A model generated the notes under the pieces. That model worked only from the letters and a program-made list of their open reading frames with translations. It did no database searches and was not told where the DNA came from. Position numbers and translations under genes: made by a program. DNA of 64,000 bases. It comes from Ostreococcus lucimarinus. Taxonomy: Eukaryota. This document shows, in pieces, positions 49,468 to 58,574 of this stretch (the first letter of the stretch is position 1; every line of letters begins with the position of its first letter). The stretch lies in NCBI GenBank assembly GCA_000092065.1, contig CP000600.1; one strand, written 5' to 3'.

Positions 49468-51720
49468 ATGCCCGACGACGACCTCGCGTCTTCCGTCACC
49501 CAACGCTTCGAGGCGCGCCTGCGCGACGTCTTCCCGTCCACCGCGCTCGCCGACGCCCTCGAAAACGTCCGCGCCATCGCGCTCGACGCCGACGAAGACG
49601 CCGCCGACGGGGATTTCGAGAGCGCTTTTTCAACGCTCGACAGCGCGCTCAAAGCGCTCGCGTCGAGCGATGTTCCCGACTCGCACCTCGACGCGCACGC
49701 GCAACGACTGCGTTTGCGCGCGTTCGTCGCGCGCGGGCGCGCGGCGCTGGCTCTGGGCGACGCGGAGGCGGCGCTCTCGCTGAGCCACGAAGCATTCGGC
49801 GAGAGCGCGTTCGACGGCGGCGACGCGGCGACGACGACGGAAGTCCTTCGCGTGAACGCGATGGCGCACAGCGCGCTCGGGAATCGCGAAGCGAGCGTGT
49901 TGGTGTGCGTGGACGCGCTGGCGCGCGGGTGCGACGTGAGCGATGGGTTTCCGGAGGACGCGGCGACGGACGCGCGGCGGCGAAGAGAGGCGCCGTGCGA
50001 TACGCCGCTCGATCGGTTCGTCATGCTCGTCATGCGCTTGAATCGCACGGATGAGGACAGACAGAGGATCGCGGGGGCGTTGGAGATGCTAGAGCGAGGC
50101 TTCATCGTGGATTCGAGGGATGAGAGTGGGCATAACGTGCTTTGGGGAGCTTTGATGGGAGCCGCGGCCGTCGCCGCGGACGAAGGCGCCGCGGCGGGCG
50201 AGGAAACGGTGGCGGTCTTGCGCATGCTTCTCGAACGAGGCGCTCGAGCGAATCAAAGGTATGATTCCGGCGAAACGCCGTTGCACTTGGCGGCGTCGAG
50301 CGGGGTCTTGGGCGCCGTCGCGGCGGTGTTGGAACACGGAGGCGATCCAAACGCTCGCAACGACGACGGAAGAACGCCGCTGATGCTCGCGTGCGCGCGC
50401 AAATTGGAAGAAAGTGAGCGTCCGCACATCGTTGAAACGCTCGTGAGTTGTGGGACAAACGTTGAAGCTCGTGATTCGAATGGTTTGACGGCGCTGCACA
50501 TCGCGTGCAAGTGCGGCAACGACGTCGTCGTCGAAGCGTTGCTTCGATGCAAAGCTGACTGGCGCGCGCGAACGCCGAAGCTCGGTGAATCAGCGGTGAT
50601 GCTCGCGTACACTCACGCGCGTGCTTCAGGAGTGATTGCGGAGATTTTGAAGTACGTCGAATCTCTCGAGGGCGAAGCCGCGATGGTTGGCGAGACTGAA
50701 TTTTTTCGCGCGACGTCTCCGCTCTTTGCGACGACGACGGCGGCGGTGCGTTGCGTGAAGGAAGACATCGCTCTGGCGAAATGGTGCGAGCGCGAAAAAG
50801 AAATAAGTGCGTGCATCGCTAAAGTGAGTGGTGTTACAACCGGGAGTGTTGATTCGGGCAAAATCATACGCTTTCCCGAAGATGCGTCGTGGAGTCCCGA
50901 GGCACGACAAGAAGTCACCGCGCTTTATTTCCGGGCGTGCGACTTTGAACTCGACGACGACGATGACAAATCAAACGTCGCCGTTTCGCTGTATCGCAAG
51001 TACGGGGACGTTCTGTCCGCGTTCATTCGATTCAATCACGCCAATTTCCCCATGTCACTCGGCGAGTCGTACGCCGACGGAGGGGAAACCTTGCCCATCG
51101 ATTTCGTTGCTCGAGCGCTTTACGCCTCGAAACAAGCGAGCGGCTCGTCGACCTGCGTCGGCGTATCCTCGAGTCTGACGCCCACCAAACTACATTCACC
51201 GGTGTACGTCGCGTTCATGACCGTCATGTCGCTCAGCGTCGATCGCACGTTTCACTACGCCCCGTTCATCACCGACAACGCGAAGGCTTGGTTGATGGCT
51301 GAATCAGCGTTTATTTGCGTGAGTCGAGGCGGCGCGTACACCGCGGCGCGATTGCGAGACGCACTGAACGTCCCAACGACGGTCATATTGCTCAGGTCTG
51401 ACGACGACGCAACGCCGGCGTGTTTTGTGGAAGACGCGACGGTGATCGAGCAATCGAAGTTTCGCGAGACGCGACTCGATTCGCACTCTCACGCGACGTT
51501 GCTCGTCGAACTCGTCCCGGGCGACACCGAGTTGCTCGAACTCGCCATTGACAGCTATGGCGGGACCACCCTCACGCTCGTAAACGCGCGCAGTGACGAC
51601 GCCGAGTGTGGGGCCGTCGCGCGCGCGCGCGGTTTCAAAGAAGACGCTCGCAAACGCGCGCCTTCGTTCGTCGCCTCTGGCCGTCCGTTCGCGTTCTCGC
51701 GATGGACCAAATCTCCGTAG
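49468..51720 (+). CDS. Hypothetical ankyrin-repeat protein (750 aa) with TPR-like N-terminal region and unassigned C-terminal domain
   Basis: ATG at 49468, in frame with ORF 48889..51720 (the upstream part overlaps the VPS53 3' end in another frame). ANK repeats: DSGETPLHLAASSGVLGAVAAVLEHGGDPNARNDDGRTPLMLACAR...GTNVEARDSNGLTALHIACKCGNDVVVEALLRC. C-terminal ~350 aa with no recognisable motif. Only 57 nt from the VPS53 stop. Confidence 0.55.
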   Translation: MPDDDLASSVTQRFEARLRDVFPSTALADALENVRAIALDADEDAADGDFESAFSTLDSALKALASSDVPDSHLDAHAQRLRLRAFVARGRAALALGDAEAALSLSHEAFGESAFDGGDAATTTEVLRVNAMAHSALGNREASVLVCVDALARGCDVSDGFPEDAATDARRRREAPCDTPLDRFVMLVMRLNRTDEDRQRIAGALEMLERGFIVDSRDESGHNVLWGALMGAAAVAADEGAAAGEETVAVLRMLLERGARANQRYDSGETPLHLAASSGVLGAVAAVLEHGGDPNARNDDGRTPLMLACARKLEESERPHIVETLVSCGTNVEARDSNGLTALHIACKCGNDVVVEALLRCKADWRARTPKLGESAVMLAYTHARASGVIAEILKYVESLEGEAAMVGETEFFRATSPLFATTTAAVRCVKEDIALAKWCEREKEISACIAKVSGVTTGSVDSGKIIRFPEDASWSPEARQEVTALYFRACDFELDDDDDKSNVAVSLYRKYGDVLSAFIRFNHANFPMSLGESYADGGETLPIDFVARALYASKQASGSSTCVGVSSSLTPTKLHSPVYVAFMTVMSLSVDRTFHYAPFITDNAKAWLMAESAFICVSRGGAYTAARLRDALNVPTTVILLRSDDDATPACFVEDATVIEQSKFRETRLDSHSHATLLVELVPGDTELLELAIDSYGGTTLTLVNARSDDAECGAVARARGFKEDARKRAPSFVASGRPFAFSRWTKSP

Positions 51721-51760
51721 CCCCCGTAGCCCCCGTAGCCCCCGTAGCCCCCGTAGCCCG
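51712..51760. repeat. Tandem 9-mer (cccccgtag)x4-5 in the convergent 3' spacer
   Basis: Seen directly: ccgtagcccccgtagcccccgtagcccccgtagcccccgtagcccggtag. It overlaps the ankyrin gene's stop codon. Confidence 0.8.
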
Positions 51761-51777
51761 GTAGTCCTAGCGGCGCG

Positions 51778-52320
51778 CTACACCCCAGGTTCATCGCAGC
51801 ACACCATGATGACGTCCGCGTCCACGGCGTCGCTCATCGCCGCCGGCACCGTCCTTCGCCGCATCGTGAAATCGTCGTCCCCGCTCGAGTACTCGTAAAT
51901 CGCCCCCTGCGCGTACTTCACCGCCAGCCCCACCATCGCGCGTCGCCCGTCGTCCGCGTCCTCCAAATCAAACCCCACGACGTACCCATCCTCTCGCCAT
52001 CCCTCCGAGAACCCGTACGACGCCCATCGTCGCCGCGCGTTCGCCGCCGCGAGCGCCGTCAGGTCCGCCTCCAGCCTCGCGTTCGCGCGCGCGTTCGCCT
52101 CCGCCGACGCGATCGCCCCCATCGGGTTGTGCGCCGTGATCGCGAACAGCGCGTGCGTCCGCACGATCGCCGGCACCGCCCGCGCGCCGTCGTCGTCGTC
52201 GTCGCGCGCGCGCGGCTTGAAAAACGTCGTGCTTCCGCGCGGCGTTCCCGGGACGTCGATCCACGCGTCGAACGAGCGCGCCCACAGCGCGCTAAGCGCG
52301 CCCTCGCGGTCGGTCGCCAT
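51778..52320 (-). CDS. Hypothetical protein (possibly DUF3293-like, motif ITAHNP); start uncertain (52320 or 52374)
   Basis: 3' part of ORF 51778..52746. [25 protein letters not shown]...[65 protein letters not shown]...[16 protein letters not shown]. The DUF3293 association is from memory of an 'ITAxNP' motif and is weak. Confidence 0.4.
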   Translation of the reverse strand: MATDREGALSALWARSFDAWIDVPGTPRGSTTFFKPRARDDDDDGARAVPAIVRTHALFAITAHNPMGAIASAEANARANARLEADLTALAAANARRRWASYGFSEGWREDGYVVGFDLEDADDGRRAMVGLAVKYAQGAIYEYSSGDDDFTMRRRTVPAAMSDAVDADVIMVCCDEPGV

Positions 52321-52509
52321 CGTCCGCGTCGACGCGCGACGCGGCGCGCGACACGGCGCGCGCGCGAGTCGCATCGTGCGGCGCGCGCGAACGCGAACGC
52401 GAACGCGCATCCAATCGATCGCCGCGTCGTCACACGCCGACGCGTCTACCGTCGCGGAGACCGCGGTCGCCGGCGCAGCGCCTCGCAACGCATCGCTCGA
52501 CGCCTCGCG

Positions 52510-54009
52510 ATGCCGCCGAAGAAGAAGCAGGACGCCGCGCCCGCGGAGGAGGAGGAGGAGGAGCTCTTGGATTACGACGACGTCGCGGACGCGGCGGAGA
52601 CCGCGGTCGCGCCGACGGACGACGGCGCGACGGACGGCAAGGACGCGGCGAAGAAGGGTTACGTCGGCATTCACAGCACCGGGTTTCGGGACTTTTTGCT
52701 CAAGCCGGAGCTGCTGCGGGCGATCGTGGATTGCGGATTCGAGCATCCGAGCGAAGGTGAGATCTCGGTTAAATTAATGGAATTAGAGCGCGCGAGAGTC
52801 GGCGAATCGCGCGCGAATCGGCGCGAATCGGCGACGAGGACGGCTCGCGGTGGGGCGAGGGCGCGAAGCGATCCCGAAGCGCGCGCGAGCGAACGTCGAG
52901 CGCGAGGACTGACTGCGAATTAACGTACGCGATTGGCAGTGCAACACGAATGCATTCCGCAAGCCATTCTCGGCATGGACGTGCTGTGCCAGGCGAAGTC
53001 TGGGATGGGGAAGACGGCCGTGTTCGTCATCACGGTTTTGCAGCAGCTCGATCCGGTGCCGGGCGAGGTCGGCGCGGTGGTGATGTGCCACACGCGCGAG
53101 CTGGCGTACCAAATTTCGCACGAGTTTGAGCGCTTTTCTACGTTTTTGGGCGACGTGACGACGGCGGTCGTTTTCGGCGGCATCCCCATCGCCCAGCAAA
53201 AGGAGCAACTTAAGTTGCAGCCTCCGAACATCGTCGTCGCGACGCCGGGTCGTTTGAAGGCGCTCGCGCAGGACGGTACCTTGAACCTCAAGAAGTGCGC
53301 GCACTTTGTGCTCGACGAGTGCGACAAGATGTTGGAAGCCGTCGACATGCGCGCCGACGTGCAGGAGATTTTCAAGATGACTCCCCACGACAAGCAGGTG
53401 ATGATGTTCACCGCGACGCTCTCCAAGGAGCTCCGCGCGCTGTGCAAGAAGTTTATGAACGATCCGATGGAGATTTTTGTCGACGACGAAACCAAACTCA
53501 CGCTGCACGGTTTGGTGCAGCACTACGTCAAGCTGGAAGAGGCGGAGAAGAACCGCAAGTTGAACGATTTGTTGGACTCTCTCATGTTCAATCAAGTCGT
53601 CATCTTCGTTTCCAGCGTGCAACGTTGCAAGGCTTTGGACAAGCTCTTGCAAGAGTGCAACTTTCCATCCATCGCCATTCACGGTTCGATGGGCCAAGAA
53701 GAGCGTTTAGCGCGCTACAAGTCGTTCAAAGATGGTGACAAGCGTATTCTTGTCGCCACCGATCTCGTCGCGCGCGGTATCGATATCGAGCGCGTGAACA
53801 TCGTCATCAACTACGACATGCCGTCCAGCGCGGATACGTATTTGCACCGCGTCGGTCGCGCCGGTCGCTTCGGCACCAAGGGTCTCGCCGTCACGTTCGT
53901 CGCCTCGTCCGAAGACACCGAGGTCTTAAGCTCTGTACACGAGCGCTTCGAAGTCGAGATCAAGGAGTTACCGGACGAGATCGATCAATCGACGTACATG
54001 CCGAGCTAA
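52510..54009 (+). CDS. UAP56: DEAD-box RNA helicase UAP56/SUB2 (DDX39B), 2 exons: join(52510..52756,52940..54009)
   Basis: Exon 1: [24 protein letters not shown]...[35 protein letters not shown]+g. Donor g|gtgaga at 52757. The 183-nt intron ends gaggactgactgcgaattaacgtacgcgattggcag. Exon 2: (V)[36 protein letters not shown]...DECDKML...[10 protein letters not shown]...[74 protein letters not shown]. Near-identical to human UAP56 across the junction ([32 protein letters not shown]). Confidence 0.85.
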
Positions 54010-54246
54010 TACGCGACGCGAATCTCGTCGTCTCGAAGACGCTCGGCCCGAGCCGCCCTCGCCTTCGAGACGCCTCTCGTACGGCGCGTTGAAACAAAAA
54101 CAAAACAACTTACAGAAATTACAGAAAACTTTCACACCCGCGCGCGTTTGATCGATCCCCGCGCCCGCGCGAAGCAGTCGCCGATTCGCTTCGCCTCCGC
54201 TCCGTCTCAACACCCTGCGCCCTGCGCCACAGATCGCCTCGCCGCG

Positions 54247-55752
54247 ATGGCGCCCATCGACGCGCGCGACGCGCGCGACGACGTCGCCGCGCCGCACTCG
54301 ATCATTCGAAGAGTGCTCGCCGCCGCGTCGTCTCCCGCATCGCGCGCGCGCGACGACGAACGCGCGTCGTTTTCGACGTCGCGCCAACACCTAGGACTCG
54401 GCTACGGCGCTGAAGACGACGCGGACGACGGGGGAAGCGACGTCGACGGGTTCCACGACGCGAGCGACGTCGTGATGTTCGCGTCCGACGCGAGCGACGC
54501 CGAGCGCGGGTCCGGGACGGCGATGACGACGCGGGAACGCACGACGACGCGGGCGCGCGGGCCGAGCCGAGCGCTCAGAGCGGGCGCGGGCGCGGCGGTG
54601 GGATCAGTGCTCGTTCTCGCCGCGATCGTCGGCTCGCGCCCGCGAGGAACGACGAGTGAGGTTGCGCTTTCGGTGGCGGACGAGGCCGACGCGCGCGAGG
54701 GATGGGAGCGAAGCGACGCGAGCTCGAGGGCGTCGGCGCCGGGCGGTTGGCGTTTGCCTGCGAATTACGTGCGTTCAGAAGCCTGGCGCACGAGCGAGTA
54801 CGCGTCGTTAGAGACTCAAAGGGACTATGTCATGTCTTCGCTCGGACGGTTTTTCGGGTTGAGCGGGCGTTTAGGCTCGGATTCCGCGTCTTGGAATCCG
54901 ACGACTGTGATTCTGGCAGACGGCGCGACGCTGCCAAAGGATTTCGACGTTCGCGAAAAGTGGCCCAAGTGCGCGGCGCTCGTGAGCGAAGCACTGGATC
55001 AGGGCGAGTGCGGTAGCTGTTGGGCAGTCGCGCCGGCGAAAGTCATGGCCGACCGTTTGTGCATCGCGACGAACGGGGCGGTGGCGTCGCACCTGTCGGC
55101 GATGCAGTTGTTGTCGTGCGGCAAGCTCGAAAACGGAACCTTCGACGCGGGTTCGACTTACAGTGGTAGCTGTGACGGTGGATTCCCGAACGAAGCCTAC
55201 GAAAAGGCTCGAACGAGCGGTATCGTCTCGGGTGGTTTGTTCGGTGACGACAAGACGTGCATGCCATACGCGTTCGCGCCGTGCCAACATCCATGCAACC
55301 CGAACCACGTCGCGCAATGCCCGACGACGTGTCGAAATAAGAACGTGAATTTGAGCTCTCAGCGCTACGAGGTTACTTCGCTCGTGACGTGCGGCACGAA
55401 TGATTTCAATTGTATGGCGCTCGAATTGTTCTACCACGGTCCGGTGTCTTCGTACGTCGGGGACGTATTCGACGAATTTTACAAGTATAAATCGGGCGTG
55501 TACTCGCTGTCAAAGGACGTCGCCGCGCGAGGGGAAAACCACGGCGGGCACGTCATGGAGGTTATCGGCTGGGGAACGACGGAGAGCGGCACGCGGTATT
55601 GGAAAGTGTACAACTCGTGGTTGAATTGGGGTGATCAAGGGTACGGAAAAATCGCGGTCGGCGAATTAAGCATTGGCGAATCCATCGAAGCGGTGAGGAT
55701 GTCCACGACGTCGGGCGCGGCGGCGACGACGAGCGAAACGCGGAGTAGTTAG
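54247..55752 (+). CDS. Cathepsin B-like papain-family (C1) cysteine protease with N-terminal signal-anchor (predicted type II membrane topology)
   Basis: First ATG at 54247 (MAPIDARD...; the ORF-track start 54148 is TTG). Hydrophobic anchor AGAAVGSVLVLAAIVGS. Catalytic Cys region DQGECGSCWAVAPAKVMADRLCIATNG. Cathepsin-B-like Cys-rich region LLSCGKLENGTFDAGSTYSGSCDGGFPNEAYEKA...CMPYAFAPCQHPC. His/Asn region GENHGGHVMEVIGWGTTESGTRYWKVYNSWLNWGDQGYGKI. Confidence 0.8.
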   Translation: MAPIDARDARDDVAAPHSIIRRVLAAASSPASRARDDERASFSTSRQHLGLGYGAEDDADDGGSDVDGFHDASDVVMFASDASDAERGSGTAMTTRERTTTRARGPSRALRAGAGAAVGSVLVLAAIVGSRPRGTTSEVALSVADEADAREGWERSDASSRASAPGGWRLPANYVRSEAWRTSEYASLETQRDYVMSSLGRFFGLSGRLGSDSASWNPTTVILADGATLPKDFDVREKWPKCAALVSEALDQGECGSCWAVAPAKVMADRLCIATNGAVASHLSAMQLLSCGKLENGTFDAGSTYSGSCDGGFPNEAYEKARTSGIVSGGLFGDDKTCMPYAFAPCQHPCNPNHVAQCPTTCRNKNVNLSSQRYEVTSLVTCGTNDFNCMALELFYHGPVSSYVGDVFDEFYKYKSGVYSLSKDVAARGENHGGHVMEVIGWGTTESGTRYWKVYNSWLNWGDQGYGKIAVGELSIGESIEAVRMSTTSGAAATTSETRSS

Positions 55753-55820
55753 CAGCATGTAACACTACTAGTACAGTAAAAGAATGACACTACGTAATGG
55801 TAGGCGCACCACGAAACCAA

Positions 55821-57131
55821 TTAAACCAAGAAGACGGTGTCCTTCAACTTTTGGACCTTGACGGAGAAGTTTTCCGCGTTGTTCAGTCGTTCCATCAAGA
55901 CGTGGCCCATGCACGCGCTCGGCGTGAAGCAACCACCGCTTCCCTCTTTCGCGAAATCCAAACGCGCGCGCTCTTCGGGAATGGCCAGGCAAAGCGCGGC
56001 TTCGCACGCGAGCGCCGCGGTGCCTTTATAACCCGGATCAGCCTTGATGAACTCGAACTCGCAGCAATACGAATCGACCGCCTCGCCCTTTGCGTCTCTA
56101 CCGTTCGCCACGACGTAGACGTGCGAAAATCCGTTCTCGCGCGTATCTTCGCTCGGACCTTCGCCTTGTTTCGGGAGTATCGTCTTTCGCATGAGCCAGC
56201 GCAGCGGAGGCACGACGAACGCCGCGCCGAACGCGCCCAACGTCAACGTGCCGAGAATCGCGTTCTTTTTCGACGCGCACAAATCGGATTCGTCGTACCT
56301 AAAGTTCTTCCCATAGCGCTCCGGATTCAGCGCGTACGACCGCGCGACGACTTTCGCGTTTATCCCCGCCATGATGCTCGGCATCGTCCATCGCTTCGTG
56401 TCCTCGTCGAACGCCCACGTCCCCTGCGGCGACGGCCATCGCTTCGCCGCTTCGACGTCCGGTTTATCCGCCCACCCCCCCGCGCACTTCGCGAAGAAAT
56501 GCGGATCCCCCATCCCGCGCGTCTCGCTCTTCGGCTTCGCCACGACGTTCGCCGCGCTCGCGATCGTCCCTCCCGACACGCCTCCCCTCGATCGTCCCGC
56601 GTGTCCTCTCGCGACGTCGATCTCCGCCGCGCCGCCGCGCTTCATCGTCGCCTCGCTCGCCAACGCCGTTCCCAGATCCCACGGCACGCTATCGTACCCC
56701 ACGCACGACACCAGCGCGCACCCCCTCGCCTTCGCCCTCTCGTGACACGTCTCCACCACGTCCCTGACGAACTGCGGCTCCCCCGTGATGTCGCAGTAAT
56801 CCGTCCCCGCGTCCGCGCAGCTCGCCGCGAGCGCGCGCGCCGCGTCCGCGTCGTACGGCCCCGCGAACGTCAGCACCGTCCGCGCGCGCCGCACCATCGC
56901 CTCGCGACTCGCCGCGTCGCGCGCGACGACGGTCGGGAACGTCACCCCGCGCGCATCGCGCGTCGCGTCCGCGCGCGCGCGTATTTTCGCCGCGTCGCGT
57001 CCCGCGATGGCGATCGACAGGTGCGGGTACTTGCGCGCGAGGTAATCCACCGCGAGCGCGCCCGTGAACCCGTTGGCGCCGTAGACGATCAGGTCGAACT
57101 CGCGCGTCGCGCGCGCCGCGACCGTCGCCAT
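55821..57131 (-). CDS. SCCPDH: Saccharopine dehydrogenase-like oxidoreductase (SCCPDH family)
   Basis: ATG at 57131 (aa 342 of ORF 55821..58154). MATVAARATREFDLIVYGANGFTGALAVDYLARKYPHLSIAIAGRDAAKIRA...LTFAGPYD..ARALAASCADAGTDYCDITGEPQFVRDVVETCHERAKARGCALVSCVGYDSVPWDLG, a Rossmann N-domain plus Sacchrp_dh fold. Confidence 0.75.
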   Translation of the reverse strand: MATVAARATREFDLIVYGANGFTGALAVDYLARKYPHLSIAIAGRDAAKIRARADATRDARGVTFPTVVARDAASREAMVRRARTVLTFAGPYDADAARALAASCADAGTDYCDITGEPQFVRDVVETCHERAKARGCALVSCVGYDSVPWDLGTALASEATMKRGGAAEIDVARGHAGRSRGGVSGGTIASAANVVAKPKSETRGMGDPHFFAKCAGGWADKPDVEAAKRWPSPQGTWAFDEDTKRWTMPSIMAGINAKVVARSYALNPERYGKNFRYDESDLCASKKNAILGTLTLGAFGAAFVVPPLRWLMRKTILPKQGEGPSEDTRENGFSHVYVVANGRDAKGEAVDSYCCEFEFIKADPGYKGTAALACEAALCLAIPEERARLDFAKEGSGGCFTPSACMGHVLMERLNNAENFSVKVQKLKDTVFLV

Positions 57132-57228
57132 CGAACGCGCCCGCGCGCGCGTCGTCGCGCGTCGATGAGTGCCGACGACGACGCACGCGCGGCGTCGCGC
57201 GACATCGCGACGCCGTCGTCGACGCGCG

Positions 57229-58533
57229 ATGGCGTCGAGCTTCGTGCGGCGCGGGCGCAGGTACAGGGACGCGCCCGCGTCGCGCGCGCGCGCGCCCGCG
57301 TCGAATGGCGACGGCGACGACGCGAATCGCGACGGCGACGACGCGAATCGCGACGAAAGGCGCGCGCGCGCGTCGAATCGCGACGGCGACGACGCGAATC
57401 GCGAGGGCGACGACGCGAATCGCGACGGCGCGGGCGTCGCGGGCGCGCGCGCGGGGCCGCACGGGCGCGCGCTCGTCTCGAGCGGGCACGGCGACGCGGA
57501 CGCGCTGCTGGGCGGCGGCCACGCGCTCGGGTCGCTCGCGGCGTGCGCGAGCGACGGCGCGAGCGCGCACGCGGAGGCGCTGTTCGGCGCGTGCTTCGTC
57601 GCGGAGGGCGCGGCGACGGCGCGGCATCGAACGTGCTGGGTGCGCGCGGGACGGGAGGGGCGGGCGGAGGCGACGCGGACGCTGCCGAGACGCGTCGTCG
57701 AGCGAGAGGGGGAGAGCGCGACGACGACGGACGATCGGGCGAGCGAGGCGAGCGAGGCGAGCGATGGGTTGCGAATCGCGTGGCAGTATCGACGATACCT
57801 GAGAGAGGGAAGGAACTTGGACGATTCCGGCGTCGGCGCGGCGCGCGCGACGACGACGGCGAGGACGACGAAGAAACGGAATTTGCGCGCGCCGGACGTG
57901 TGCCAGACGTACGATTGGACGAGGGAGGAGGATGAGGCGACGCTGCGGGACGCGGACGTTTCGTTCGAACGCTTCGGCGGCGATGAGGGCGACGGCGAGG
58001 GCGAGACGGACGCGTGGGCGCGATGTTTTGAGTTCGTGGAGACGTTCGTGCGCGGGTTGAGGGATGAGGAGGTCGGGCGCGTGTTGGTGCAGCCGGAGAC
58101 GCCGCGAGACGAAGGCGAGTGGGCCGCGTGCGCGAGGCTCGCGCGCGCGCTCAAGGGGTTGGTGCGCGAAACGAACGTCGCGTGCGTGATGATTCTTCCT
58201 CTCGCGCTCGCGCCGGCGCGATGGGGCGCGATGATTCGTCACGTCGCGGATTGCGCGATCGACGTGCAGCCGCTCGAAGGTCCGACGAGTGAGATCGAGT
58301 CGCTGTTACCCGAGCCGCACCTGTGCGTCGGGCTCGTCGCCGTTCGCAAACTTCAATTTCAAGGCGGCGTGGTGTCGCCGTTGACGCGCATGGATCGCGT
58401 GTATGCGTTACAGATGCGGAGAAAGCGCATGGCGATCAAACCGCTGCAGATTCGTCCGGAGGAGGAAAGGAAAAAGAGTGGCGGCGAGTCGGCGTGCGGC
58501 GCCGTCGAAGGCGTCGGTCTGGACGACTTTTAG
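57229..58533 (+). CDS. ELP4: Elongator complex protein 4 (ELP4/PAXNEB) with an in-frame 7-aa tandem repeat insertion near the N-terminus
   Basis: ATG at 57229 (the ORF-track start 57169 is GTG). MASSFVRRGRRYRD (human SFQRRGPR), then GRALVSSGHGDADALLGGGHALGS (human [24 protein letters not shown]). RIAWQYRRYLREG (human KIAWRYQLLPK). VACVMILPLALAPARWGAMIRHVADCAIDVQPLEG (human [33 protein letters not shown]). VGLVAVRKLQFQGG...LDDF (human GLIHIRQIPRLN...LDF). DGDDANR x5 encoded by the 21-nt repeat at 57309-57425. Confidence 0.7.
   Translation: MASSFVRRGRRYRDAPASRARAPASNGDGDDANRDGDDANRDERRARASNRDGDDANREGDDANRDGAGVAGARAGPHGRALVSSGHGDADALLGGGHALGSLAACASDGASAHAEALFGACFVAEGAATARHRTCWVRAGREGRAEATRTLPRRVVEREGESATTTDDRASEASEASDGLRIAWQYRRYLREGRNLDDSGVGAARATTTARTTKKRNLRAPDVCQTYDWTREEDEATLRDADVSFERFGGDEGDGEGETDAWARCFEFVETFVRGLRDEEVGRVLVQPETPRDEGEWAACARLARALKGLVRETNVACVMILPLALAPARWGAMIRHVADCAIDVQPLEGPTSEIESLLPEPHLCVGLVAVRKLQFQGGVVSPLTRMDRVYALQMRRKRMAIKPLQIRPEEERKKSGGESACGAVEGVGLDDF
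57309..57425. repeat. 21-nt tandem repeat (cgacggcgacgacgcgaatcg)x5, in-frame within ELP4 exon
   Basis: Seen directly: cgacggcgacgacgcgaatcgcgacggcgacgacgcgaatcgcgacgaaagg...gaatcgcgacggcgacgacgcgaatcgcgagggcgacgacgcgaatcgcgacggcgcg. Confidence 0.85.
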
Positions 58534-58574
58534 CTCGTAGAATTAGTGTCTGTCATGATGGATCAGTGACATTA

